A stretch of DNA of 63,073 nucleotides, counting the filler, from Reticulomyxa filosa (lineage: Eukaryota > Protista > Foraminifera): NCBI GenBank assembly GCA_000512085.1. It is 16 parts of 16 records of this genome, joined end to end, with 100 filler letters (N's around TTAATTAATTAA, not from the genome) between each part and the next. Parts side by side here need not be neighbours in the genome. Positions count along the whole stretch, not along the records: positions 1 to 28,953 come from ASPP01013962.1; 15 more parts are not named here. One strand, written 5' to 3'. The translations under genes and the position numbers were made by a program. Below the pieces are notes generated by a model. The model saw nothing but the letters and a program-made list of their open reading frames with translations. It had not been told where the DNA came from and searched no databases. The stretch's first letter is position 1. Every line of letters starts with the position of its first letter. Positions 11,666-24,861 of this stretch are shown here, one piece after another.

Positions 11666-13483
11666 CTTAATTTAGTAATGGTAAATGCGTATGATAATCT
11701 CAAAATGAAATTGAACTTTCACCTTTTTTGAAAAAAAACAATTCCAACTGAAGCAAGTAATGAAGATTTAAAAATGCGACATTCTTTTAGCATTTAACAT
11801 ACTTTGCCAACAAGATGAAGAATTTTCAAAAAAACACAAGTTAAATACAAATCCGAATCTTCAATTTTTCATTTGTCTATTGAATACATATAAAAATAAA
11901 CTATATTCAAAAACTATAACAGTTGAGATAATACTTTAGAAAAAAAACAAAAGAAAGGAAATTACTTCACACTTGTTACAGAAAAAGATCTACAAGTGTG
12001 AGTTATATCAGCTTTACTCAACTGAACCATCGCAATGCCTTCAGTTTTTAAAGCTTCAGCAATATTTTTAGATATATGACTTTATTTAAAGTTTGTAATT
12101 CTTCAAGTAGAAAAAAAAAATTATTATCACTTTGTAGTGACAACGAGCTAGACTAAGTGTAATACGAAATGAACTTAGTTCCGAAAATCGATTTCAGTAA
12201 AGAGGAAATAAATTGACAACAATAATTGCAACAAAATAAAGAAACGTAAAAAGAAACAAGACAAAAGTGAGTTTTGCTTTGAAGAATATTTTAACCATTG
12301 GTAGATCCTCCGTTCACTTAGCACTTAGAAAGTCGAGTGTGTCCTTATCCTAAAACTTGCTGTGTATTGACATTGAACACGACAAAGCGTAATAGGAAAC
12401 GAATTAAATAAGGAAATTCACAATAGACAAATAAAATAACGAACAAGATAATTTGTAGTTTTCCATATATATTATGTACTTACAATACACTAGTTTAAAG
12501 CTTTTTGCTTTTTTTTAGCATAACTATATCTTTATTCGCTATTTTTGCTTGTGCTATTTTATTTTAGCTTTAGTTTCGTTTGTTATACGTACATGTATGA
12601 TTTTACTATTATTACAATAATAATATCTGAAATTTTCAATTAGTATAAATATTTTTTATATACTATAAAAAATGTTACTATTTAAAAATATATTAATTCA
12701 AGTAATTGAAAACTTCCTTTTCTTTGGTCTTTGTTGCTGTTTTCGCCACAGACTTTATTGAGACTAAATCACAGTAAATGTTTCAAGAACTGTGTAAACG
12801 CAATTTATTTAGTGTTAAGTGAACATTGAAATCCTTATATAAAACTTAATTATCTTTTCATCTCTTCTTGTTTTCTGTTGTTGTCATTTATCCTTTTCAT
12901 TTGTAGTGTAAGGCATTAATTGTGATTTACAAAGTTCAAGTGGAACCTTGAAATCTTTTCACTTACTTCTTTTTTAAAACTTTCTTTGCACTGTTCTGTT
13001 TTCTTTGGCGCTAGCTCCTTTTCAAGTTTATTTAACTTTTTGTTTTGAGAAAATTCACTCAAAACAGTGTTCAAACACTTGCAGACTTCTCTAAGTAGAA
13101 TCTTCTCTACAATTTAATTTACTTTTTTACTGAAATGTGAGCAATATCTTTTCATGTTACACTTTGTGTCAATCAGCACCCCCACAATGCTGTTCAAAAT
13201 TATTTTAGTTACTGCTAGATGTCTAGTATCTAGTTACAACAATATTCAATTCATTCAATACGATTTTTTTTGCAAAAGTTAACATCGACGAAACGATGTT
13301 AAAAATGATTTTTTTAGTTTTCTTCAGAATGTCAAACAATATGAAAAATAGTTCATTTGCAGAAATCACAAATTTTGTTTTGTATTGCAGTATTAACACT
13401 AGCTCAAGTATAGACAAAGAATTAGGTGGTCACTGCGTCAAGTTTTTTTTGGAACAGGAAGCAGCATTCATAATTCAAATACA

Positions 13484-14464
13484 ATGCCGGAAAATTTTTT
13501 GGATAATACTTACGCTTGGTATTTTCTTGTTGGTGCCGCAACACTTGGGGTTCTTTATTTCCTTCCTCAATTTTTGCCAGTTACAATTTGAATACTTTTT
13601 CCGTTGATTTTTCAAACTGGGAGCATTTAAGGATAAGACGGATTGATTTGAACAGGGTTCCAATGAAACGAAAAAGCCTACTACATTGCGCTCTCCGTAT
13701 CGAAGATATCCAGTAGGAATTTTATCAACTGAAGAGTTGGCAACATTCAATGGAGAAAACGGCAAGCGTATTTTGGTATCCATATGCGGACGAATATTCG
13801 ACATGACCAGAGGTATACGTAATGAAAGGATTACATAAAAAGCCTAAACTTTTTCGACTCCAAACAAACAGAAATGAGTAATGGTATCAAAAAAAAAAAG
13901 TAAAAAACAAATCCGAAAAATGGACAGGAAAAGATTTTTACGGACCTGAAGGCCCTTATCACGCGTTTGCTGGTGCAGACGCCACGTACTTGCTTGGCGC
14001 AATGTCAACAGAGACACAACATCGAAACAGACGCGACTTTGGACGATGGGATCAACACTGGGCAAATGAATATGCCTCACAACATCAAGGTGTCAAAGTT
14101 CCATACTGTGAAACTACCGAATTTACTCGAGTTATGCAAATTCCCAGAACATTCCGTTGTTTTCTTTTCAAATTACGCTCCAAAAAATTTTTTTTTGTTC
14201 TTTTAAAGCAAACTCGCAATTTCTTTTTTTTTTTTAAAAAAAAAGGATACACTTGAGAATTGGTTGAAGTCATTTGTGGTCAAATACCCAGTTGTTGGGA
14301 AACTGCTGGGTTTTATGGATGTGTGCGAAGAGTCGTGGAAAACAGTCTCCAACTATGCAGATTTGGCACCGGAATGTGCCACCGATGACGATGCATCCTC
14401 ATCTTCCTCTGCACAATCTCGAGACTTGCCTGTCATGTCTTTGAATGAATTAGATCAAAGTTAA
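13484..14464 (+). CDS. Membrane-associated progesterone receptor (MAPR/PGRMC-like) cytochrome b5-like heme/steroid-binding protein, 4 exons
   Basis: Spliced reading gives an N-terminal TM (WYFLVGAATLGVLYFL), then EELATFNGENGKRILVSICGRIFDMTRG-KDFYGPEGPYHAFAGADAT and LENWLKSFVVKYPVVGKL. The ORF track catches it only in fragments. Confidence 0.88.
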
Positions 14465-15289
14465 GCGATTTTTGTTTTGAATATAAGAGGTGTGCAATCA
14501 GGGGCTGTATTTCTTTAAGGCATTGTCAAATCATAATGCTACAAGCATAACATTGGTAATATGCGTATATGACAAACAATTCTCCAGGTAAACACGTCGC
14601 CATTGGAGGCAATGTGTTTGATGTTAGTATCTGCAGTTTTGTATACGCTCGTATTAGTGGTGACTTTCCTGGAGCATTGGGCCATGAAGTCAGTGTGGCA
14701 ATAATTAAAGATAACTTTTCCGAAGAATTTTTGGACCAACCTCTTACACTCTTGGACAGTGCTGAACAGGTTTTGTTTTTTCTGTTCGCTCTCTTCCTCT
14801 GTTTGTTTTTTGTATTTGATTTTATTGCTAGTGTATGTTTCGATGATGATCTGCATCGTAGAGTAAATTGGAAGAACTGATCCGCAAATTTGTTGAAACA
14901 TTCCCCAAAGTTGGCGTTTTAAGTGATGCTTCAAAATATCGCCCAACACGACAACAGACTCAACCAGTTAGCAACTCTTCCAATGCTCAATCTTCATTAC
15001 GGAGTAAAACAAATAATTCAAGCCAAAATGGCAAAAATTGATCAATTTTACACAATGATTACATCAAGTATTCATTATAAATGCAACGGTTGTATTACAG
15101 CGTAACATTAGTTTCACTAATTTGGTGTGTTTTAGCTACTTTTGCCTTTAAAACTGTTGGTTTTGCAGCTCAAGACTAATCAAAGAAATTTTTTTGTTTT
15201 AATTTCAATTGTTTACCTTGCTTTTTGCAAAAAAAGTCAGATACAGCATTTTTTTGGAGTAGTTCTTTTTCATCTCCTTTGATCATATG

Positions 15290-15640
15290 CAATTGATTTT
15301 TATTGATGGGATATCACAAAAATGAATTGTATTGTCATATGATCCAGAACAAATGAATTGACAATCATCAAATGTTGAATAATCAATAATACACACAAAA
15401 TTTGTTGACCAGTGAACGTATTGAGTAATTTGGCAGTATATACATGTGTTAAATAAACATTTGAATATTTTGTTGGTATTTAAAAAAAAAAGAAAGAGCA
15501 AATGAACTAACATAATTGACAACAAGTTTGCCAAACTCATGAATCAATCTAAATTTGATTTGTAGTATTCGAATCAAATATTGTATAATCACTTGAATTT
15601 TTCTTATTCAGACTGTTGCAACAGCACCTCCTCTTCCTCC
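15290..15640 (-). pseudogene. WD40-family pseudogene fragment
   Basis: IDYSTFDDCQFICSGSYDNTIHF plus an N-terminal IQVIIQYLIRILQIK motif, homologous to 36964-37662 but truncated and frameshifted. Confidence 0.7.
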
Positions 15641-15801
15641 TGAGCAACTTCTTCGTTTCTAAACTATGCTACAAATTGACGAAGAATTGAAAGGTGAATG
15701 TCTTTTTTGTTGCAGTTATTTCTGAGCACAGCAAAAACAAAAAAGGTGATGTTACACTTGAATTAGGAATTCTTTGTTTCAATAAAAGAAATTAAATTAG
15801 A

Positions 15802-17903
15802 ATGAGTAATACTTATCTCCTCAAGCAAGTTTCACTACTGTCAACAAGTGGAGTTCGATATGATGGAAGATTGTATATCATTGACCACGACGCAAAAACT
15901 TTGGCTTTGCAGCACGGTTTGTCTGCGAACAAATATCAAATTACAAATTAAAAGAGAAGAAGGAAAAGATTGACAACATTTTTACTTTTTTTCTTGCTCT
16001 TGGTGCAATTATAAATAGTTACATGTATGGGCACCGAAGGCCGTCGTGTTGGAGAGCATGCAATTTCACCATCACACTTTGTGTACGAATTTATAATTTT
16101 TCGTGTAGAAAATATCAATCAATTATGTGTCATTGAAAGGGATCAAGTTAATGACAACAAAAGTAGAACAGAAAGAAAGGAAGTGGCATTTTTTTTTGTA
16201 TACGTTTTTTTAATGCTCTGTGCAAACTACGCTGAAAAGTTCGAAGATATTACCGAAGAAGTGGTGGAACCATTACGAGCCGGTAATGGTGGAGGTGACG
16301 AATTTCCGTGTGACTACACGCCGTACCTTTCGAGTGTTTACACAAACAAAAATGGTCCAAGGACAAGAGCTGAGACTAGTTAAGTGACTTTGAAGAGATA
16401 AGCGTGTCTAATGTTCAACACATTAAACTTGAACACTTTTGTAATACTCACAAAAAAAAACACTGATGTATTCAACAGCATCAATAGAGTCTGAGCTGCC
16501 CTATACTCCTTTGCAGCGTCGCAATAGGCACACATTTTTCTGTTTTTCTCTTGCTTTTTTTTTTTTTTTTGCAAATTTTTATTCGTCCCTATTGCTTTTT
16601 TTCCAAATGTATGCTTTTTCTTTATGGGAGTAGTGAGCCGCTGACGTTAACACACAAATGGAGAGTAGGCTTGAACAAACCAATCCCGCTCATGACTACC
16701 AATTACGAGTTCCCTATGTTCCCTGGACCATTTCGATATAATCATCAAGTTAGACCACCAATGTCCCAGAGGAGGATGAGAGATGTGCCTCGGACTACTC
16801 GTTACTATGAGTTAAAGAAACAAAAAAAATGTTTCTTTCGTTTTTGTACGGTCCATTTTTATTCTCCTTTGATCTTGTTGTTCGATAAAAAAAATAAGAA
16901 TCAAAAAGTAGTGTGTGATTTGACAAATGAATAGCGATCGAAACATCAACACAAATTATGCAACGACGTATTCCCACATTGCAAGGACAAGGTCAGCACA
17001 TAATGAGCGATCATTCCCCGAAAGAGCGCAACAACGAGCTCGCTATCCTCAAAACTACAAGTATCCACAATCTTTGTCACCATTTGGACAACAACGAAAG
17101 CCGCCAACAGCACAATACGAGGGTCCGCCAAGTCAGATATCGCTTCCATCAATGTGTGTTGTTGGGACAGGAGAGTTTTTAGAGAGTCGATCATTAGTTG
17201 GAAATGAGATTGAGGTTCCAAGAGAAGATTTAGATATTACCGGACCCATTGCAAAACTTGTGTGTGTGTATGTGCAAGAGAGCGAATAGAGTAATCAACT
17301 TAAACTTAAAAGAAAATTTTTTTTTAATGTTGGTAATTGAATAACATTGTTTCTTATTTATTGGTTTTAAATCAGGAATTATCAGCAAAAAAAGTGGAGC
17401 CACAAAAAGTAAATGAAACAATAGTCAGTGATAGTGGAAAAAATCGACAAGTGGGTAACAAGCCTCAAGACACGGTAACATTGACACATGGGAAGAAAGC
17501 ATACAACAAAGATGAGTTTTTTGACAAGCTGAATTTGGACAGCTCCAAAAACATGAATCAAGGTCAATTTTCTTTGGATACCACAAGACCTGGAGTCCAA
17601 ATTTCACAAAGACAAAGACAGTTGGATGTGGAAACTTTTGGCTCAGTAGCCGAGAAATATCGGTTTGCTTCAAGCCAAAGGAACGTTGGTCAAACCCGAA
17701 GTGAAACTTACTTTCAACAATTAACAGCCATGGCCACTGTTAATCGATCTCGTTCAAGGCAGAAACAGCAAACTGTAACTCCCTTTCAAAAAAATCAGTT
17801 TCCACACCAAAGTCAGAATCAAAGGCAGAGCCAGAGCACAAATACAAGACGCCCGAGGATACGTAGAAACCTTACCAGTCCTCTTAATTTGAATTATTTG
17901 TGA
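15802..17903 (+). CDS. LSM14: LSM14/Scd6/Trailer-hitch family mRNP granule protein, about 6 exons
   Basis: N-terminal Lsm domain (VSLLSTSGVRYDGRLY...LALQHVTCMGTEGRR...YEFIIFR) and C-terminal FFD (YNKDEFFD) and TFG (DVETFG) boxes. Exons 15802-15917, 16019-16146, 16240-16378, 16669-16810, 16935-17259, 17376-17903. Confidence 0.85.
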
Positions 17904-18389
17904 ATGAAAAAAGAGACGGATTCAACGAATCTTGAAAATTTGGATGTCTTTATTTCATTTTTGGGGATATCAAAACAAAGGAGGAAAAAAGTGCAAGATT
18001 GTATTGATAAGAAAGGCGCATCGACAATAGTCAGGCAAGTCCTGCGTCGTAGTATCGAACAAATATTGTTCCAATAAAATTCCGTTTTATTTTTAAATTT
18101 AAAGTAACAAAAAATGTAGTAGAGACTTTTTGATTTATATTGTAGAAACGCTAATGTTTTCAATTTGTTGTGTTCTCAAATTTATTTTTAATGTTTGGAA
18201 ACCTCAAATTCGTGCAAAGAAACTGATGCCCAATTATACCTTGAAAATCCATTAACTTCTCAAGCGCCAAAGTAAATTCAAATTGAATTTTTTTGTTTCT
18301 GTGATATCATTGGAAACTAAGAAAAAATCAAAACCAAAGCAAATTTTCACGTAATTTTGACAAGCAATGTGCCTTTTCATCCCCATATT

Positions 18390-19350
18390 CGAATGCTACA
18401 ATCCCAAGAACCTAACGCAGTCATATTGCCATTTGGTGAAACATCAACACTTGTCACCAAATAGGAATGCTTTCCAATCTCTGTATTTCAGATCCAGGTT
18501 CACATCCCATAAACGAATTGTATTATCATCTGAACAAGATACAATAGTTTGACCGTCTGGAACATACTGCACATCTCTTATAATGTGTGAGTGCTCTTTA
18601 ATTCTTTTCATACTTTCCCTAACTTCACGTTCCATATTCGGATGATTTGATCATATGACAATAAACGATAAATTTGCCGTCTGATGAAAATTTTGCATGT
18701 GTGAAGAGATTTGCTTTAGCTGTTTCAATATTTTGCTTGATTTTGAATCCCGTAATCCAATTGTGTTATCAACTGATGCTGATACCATCATTTAACCATC
18801 TGACGAATAATTCATGCTATATGTCACGCCTGAATGCTCTCCTAATTTCTTCAATTCTTTTCCTAATTTTACATCCCATAATAGTATTTTCATCTGCTGA
18901 AAATTGTGCGCCAACTACACTTTCAGAATGTCCTATAAAACTTTGCATGTTTCTCAGATGCCACATTCGAATTACTCGATCTTTTCGTGATGAAACAATC
19001 TTGAGTCCATCAGATGAAAGCCTTACACTACTTATTGAACATTTGTATACCTTTAAAATTTTTAACAATTTGAAACACTTTACCTATATTTTGAGTACAG
19101 TCGAATTAACTTATACCATTAATATTTAAAATACAAAACACAAAAAAAATCTAACATATTTGATAACAATTTTATCAAATCGTGAACCCACCCCAATTTC
19201 ACGTTTAGTATTCGCAACCAATTTCCAATTTTCGTTGCTGTTACCTTCTCGGACTGGTTTTTTTAAAAGAATATAACATATAGAAGATATTGAATGAAAG
19301 CTTACCAACTGTGAGATTGTAATCTCTTTTTTGTTGATATCAGTATTCAT
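18390..19350 (-). pseudogene. WD40-repeat pseudogene
   Basis: Broken repeats (SSDGLKIVSSRKDRVIRMW, GHSESVVGAQFS, PDGQTIVSCSDDNTIRLWD) spread over several frames with stops. Confidence 0.75.
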
Positions 19351-19799
19351 TCTTGACTATTTGTGATTGATTCAAACTTTGACTCCTTTTTTTTGTTGTT
19401 TTAAGATTGTATTAGTTTGAAATTGGACCAATTTAAAAAATAATAATTTTCATGAATAAAATTGCAAATGTTTGCAGGAATTTGCGTTGAAATTTTTATC
19501 AGATAAAATTTATCTTTTTTTGCCTTTGAATACTTTGATTTATCAACCCTTGCGCAAGGTTGCATACAGTTTTTTTAAAAAGAAAATGTCTTTGTGTTTG
19601 TATATTGTAATTTTTACCCATCAACAATTTTTTGTTTTCAATTATTAATTTCACTGCAGCAAAAAATTTAACAAGAATCCTAAATGAATTTTATTTACAA
19701 GTAAAAAACAAAAAATCAAAATATTCCACACGTTGTTTCACAAGCAATTTTTTTTCATCTTTCAAACCCTTTGTGTTTTTCCAAATACTGTCTTTCATT

Positions 19800-21020
19800 G
19801 ATAATCCGCTTTGAATACTGCCTTTCAAATATAATCCGCCACACTATCTCAGTTAAATCAACAATTTTACTATTATCACTACCACATAATCGAACTGTTT
19901 TATCGTCAGTACACGACACTAGTTTGGAACGTCTGTTGATATGTGGATGCAATTAATATAAGCATTTCCTTTTAAGGCTTGGATTTGTTTTCCTAAAGAA
20001 ATCTCATACTCGAATAGTTTTGTCCAATGAATATGAAATAATTTTAGAACCATCCAATGAAAATTTTATTCATCGTATGTAGTCTGAATATCTTTTTAAT
20101 ATTTAAATCTGTTTTCCTGTCAATACATCACACAATCGAGCTGTCTTATCTTTTAAACAAGATGCAATTGTAGTACGGTCTGGAGAAAATCTTGCTTCAC
20201 TTACATCTTCATTTTCGAATAAAAAAATTGTTTCCAGATTATATATTCCATATTCGAATTGTTTTATCCTATCAACATGATACAATTTTTGAATCATTAT
20301 GTGAAAATTGAACCATATTTATTGCATTTGAATGTCTTATAATACATGAAGTTGTTTTCTTGATTATGTATCCCACATTCGATTCGTATTATCATCTGAA
20401 TAAGATAATATTTTTGTTCCCTGGAGAAAATTGAATTCTTGTATGTCCTGTAAGTATGCATATTCTCCAAAGTAAATATTATTCATTGACGCCTTTGTAA
20501 TATTGGCCTTGCTTAAGCAAATTTGATAAAAACGCACATGATCTAAAATGGCTTAGTAAATTAGTCCTTCAAGAAATGCACGATCTAAAATTATATAAAT
20601 TTTAATATTACTCCAATCTTTATAATGCATATTTACATTTGCTGAATTGAGTACGGTAATTGCATTTGCTGCAATACTAACATTGTCATTATTTTTTGAT
20701 GATTCAATTCTGATTTTATTTACAAATATGGGACTATTATCATGAATTCTCTCTTCAATAAATTGAATAATTTCTAATTCTTCATTTAATAATTTGCGAT
20801 TGATAGATAATTGTTGAATATGTTCTTCAAATTATTGATGATCAACAGTAACAGTGCCAGGCTTCAATGAAATGATATCAAATATTTTTTTTTGTGAATC
20901 ATAATATTCTTGACATGATTTATGTATAATTAATATTTATTATCACTAACTCTTATTGAATGTTTCATATAATTGTGATTTTGATATTTTAGTTCCAATG
21001 GAATGTTGTTTCATATTGTT
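19800..21020 (-). pseudogene. Decayed C-terminal part of a NACHT-type pentapeptide + WD40 gene
   Basis: Minus strand IIQFIEERIHD...SKNNDNVSIAANAITVLNSANVNMH, followed by pentapeptide-like segments (AFLEG, ICLSKANITKASM) and disrupted WD40 repeats (FSPDRTTIASCLKDKTARL). Confidence 0.6.
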
Positions 21021-21520
21021 GTATTGTCCAACCCAAATTATCATTTTATTTATTTATTTTCACAAATTTATCAATATATTCATTCATTTGTCTTTGAAAA
21101 AGGCACAAATATATAATTGATGTTTGTATTTTTTGAACCAAGTAAGACATGTCGAATATTTTCATTACTGACACATGACTTCGACATGTTAATATTATTT
21201 TTGCATTCTATTCGTTTAAATTAATTGATCATAAAAATATCTTTCATTATTATTATCAGAGCCCTAATATTTCGTGACAATAAATGAAACACAAATTTTA
21301 TTAATTTATTTTGTTTTGAGGTTGAGCTGTGTCTCTTGTGGAGAGGTGGAGATCCTTTGTCACCTTTTTTAAAAAAACTGTACAAAGGTGCCTACAGCTG
21401 CGCAAGATAGTTTATTTTTTTGTTTTACCCCAAACGGAATTTGTTTTCGTGTTACACTGTTCGGTTGACATTTTTTTGTCCAAGCGAAATATTTCAATTC
21501 AAACAAATCATTAAATAAAA

Positions 21521-23480
21521 ATGGCCGACATTTCACTCCAAAATAATGAATTTGGGTGCCACTTTGTGTTCCCTGTGGTTGTAGAAGGCATACGTCAAGA
21601 AATGGGAATTCCAAGTCTTTTGAGTTTCTTATTCCACGGACCAGAGGTACATTCACATATGTACAATTTTTGTAATTTTTTACTTTTTTGGATTTTTTTT
21701 TTTTTTTGCCTTCCTCCCTCCGTAAAATCTTTACATAATTTGAGTACATTTGTGGCAATAGATGCGCGACCACCTCAAAAACGTTGTGGATGTTAGCCCA
21801 TTAAAAATTCGCGATCGAGAATGCATCATCACCTTTAACAACCGACAATCTCAAATTCATCTTTATCATCACATCTTATGCCTCTCTTCTTCATTAACCG
21901 CCATGTTGCCAACCATTGACAATTTTCCATTTACAGTTTCGTCACAAAACGACACAACACTTTTTTATGTAAAAAAAAAAAATGAATTTCACTTTTTTAA
22001 AAAAAAAAATAAGTGGTCAAGTGCAAAATTTAGTTTTGGTGCCATTTTTGTGAGTGAAAATTAAAAAAAAAAAATAATGAATTATATAATTATATATGTA
22101 TGACCAGGTAAATCACTCGCGTTATGCCATGGTGACAGGCTGCTGGGAGTATAAAGATTTAAGCGATGGTGAAGAAAAGTGGCTTACTTGCAACTTGAAG
22201 CAAAGTGTGTTAATCGAAAGTAGTTATCGCAATGGGGATGCATTCACGATAGTTCCGGTTCTGAATCCTGCGTCTGAAAATGTCCGGCGAAGAAGCTTAC
22301 ATTGTCCAAACATGTTTCTTTCTATTGATTTTGCTTGCCATTTACCCAAGCGTGGAAGGCATAAGAGATCTCAAGTCATGTACAGTGCCGTCATTCGTAG
22401 AAACGATGTTACGATTTTTCTGTAAAGTTTCTTCTTTTTTTAAATAATAATAAATTAATTTTTATTGTTATATCTTTATTTAATGGTGTACATACATACT
22501 AATTTTTGTTGTCGTCCTTGCTCTTTTCTCCAATTTTTCTTTTTTTTTAATATTGTACAAGTTTAAATTAAAAAAAAATTTCTCGTCCTCTTCTTGTTTT
22601 CCCCCTTTTTTTTTTTCCCTCACCTATAGTATTTCGAAGGCATTATCGAAAACGGATCCGTGTTCAACTTGCAACTTCAAAAATCGCACAGGCTGAGCGA
22701 TGATTTTGGCATCAACAACGACCTGGACGACTTTCGAGTGAACGATCCCGTTTTATTCCAATTAGTGTTTGTGAACGGTCCGCAAAGCAAGTGTCTACCT
22801 TACCACTTTCAATTGTTAAGTTGGAGTGTTTCCAAAAAAAAAAAATTGCAGGGTACGTTTTTTTTTGCTGACTCAGCAAGAATACGTGCAATTTTTAGGC
22901 TCTTTTTACTTAAAAAAAAATAATCAAGTAGAGCATAGCAAGTAAAAAAAAAAGAAAAATTAGAGATTAACACTATATTTTTTTTTGATTTATATTGACA
23001 TATCATAATCATAATCATAATCATAATCGAAATAGAAAAACGCCAAGGAATGAGAAACAAAAAAAAGACGGAACAAAACAATTGGAATTAAATACCTCTC
23101 TCAGTGAATGGCACAATGTGAAGGTAAGCGAAAACCAAGGCCATAAAAAAAAATTGTCTGAAAAGCGTGAGCAACAACTCTTGTCTCCTCCGGTACCGAC
23201 CGAAATGGCTATCCCATTCAATGGTTTACGTCACGAATATTCCGCTCCAGCTCCGAAATCATTTGCATGGAAGAAGCCTGAAGCACATCCCCCACCCAAG
23301 AGATTTTCCGATTTCAAGCGCGTCAGTGACACTTTCAGCAAAAAGCAAACGCAGGGTATCGAGTACTTTCGAAGGTCCAACAATCGGTTGTCGTCATCAT
23401 CGTCTCGCACACGTTTAAATATTCAACAGTTTCGTTGTAATTTGTTTTTATTATTATTTTTCTTGTTGCTGCAGGAATGA
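21521..23480 (+). CDS. Multi-exon protein with probable WWE domain
   Basis: Several coding exons. CWEYKDLSDGEEKWLTCNLKQSVLIESSYRNG fits the W..W..E pattern. Low-complexity basic C-terminus; exon borders uncertain. Confidence 0.5.
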
Positions 23481-24861
23481 CAATAATTCTATTTTTTTTT
23501 TTTTGTACGTAGGTAAGTATATAAAATGTGTAAATGTTAAGGGGATGTATTGAATGTATTTTGTCACAGGAGCAATAATTTGAAATCATCCTAGCTCTAA
23601 TCTTGTGTGTGCATCGCCATAAAACAAACCAATGTCGGATTGTTTTGTCATTGTATTTGTTTTTTTTTGTAGTGCATGATTTAAGAAAAAGCTTGGAACA
23701 GTTGTTCCAATGTATTGCCAAAAAAAAAAATGCACACATAAAAAATGAAAATTTAAAATATTCAAAAAATTTGATGAAGAAAATTAACTAGTGTAATACG
23801 CTTTTCACATCAAAAGTCCTTTTTTATTTTTTTTTTTGTTGTCGGGATTGTAGCTTAGAGGGGGTGTGCAGAATTTTTTTTCTGTGTGTTTTTGTTCATT
23901 GGGCACATTTTTGGTCATATTTTTACTAATCCATGCTGCCTAGTTTCTTGTTTTGACTTGCTTTTTTTTTGGGAGGGTTGAATGAACAAAAAGAATCCAA
24001 TTAACTATCCTTGAGAGTTTACTATTTTTCATGGGAAGTGATGGATTCTTTTTTTTGTTGTCAACGTTATCATATATAGACTAACAAAGGAATATACACA
24101 TAATTATTTTTTGTATCCCAAACCAGCTGTAATGGAGCACACCTAACTTTTTAGGTTTTTAAGGGGTGACCATTGTTTGTTGAACTCAGGGACACTGGAA
24201 ATATGTGCTTTTTCCCAATTATTTGTTTATCTCTCCTTTACTTTCTTTTTTGTTGATGTCCATACAGAATTCTTTAAACATGTTTGGGATGCTATCCCTT
24301 TATGACGTTTTCAGTCCTCACGTTTTGTCGGCGTTTGAACTAGAAAAAATGGCTATTTGTTCGCAAGTTTTTGTCTTCATTCACCAAAAAAATTTGTGTC
24401 TGATTGAAGAAACGAGCCATTTATCGTTGATATGTTTTCAAAAAAAAAACACAGAAAGTCATAATAAAATCATATGGATTCTGCCTGGTGTTTAACTTAT
24501 GACTGATAAGGGAAGTTTCGTAAAATGAATATGAAGAAAATGTGTTTGTTGTATTTTGGAAGTGTTCAAAACGTTTTATTTATTTCCAATGTTCCAGTTT
24601 TGCGGATAATATTTGGTTGGCTCATAAATAGAGCAATCGGTGACATACTTCAAAAAAAAAGAAAAACATGCAAAACTTCTAAGTGAACTTCAAACGTTGG
24701 CTTTTTCTGAGGTTTTGCACAGTTAGTCAAAAAATGAAAATAATTCTAAACACACAAAAAGCAACGCTTTGACATTTATTTACTCTATTCTGTGTTGGTG
24801 TGTCGAAAGAAACAATTAAGTTGCCTGCCTGGGTATCTTCAAAGGTGGACAAACCAAAAAG

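Noticed and set aside
14539-15027. 136-aa minus-strand ORF
   Set aside because: In-frame stop upstream and no recognisable motif. Possibly a decayed gene, but not supportable.
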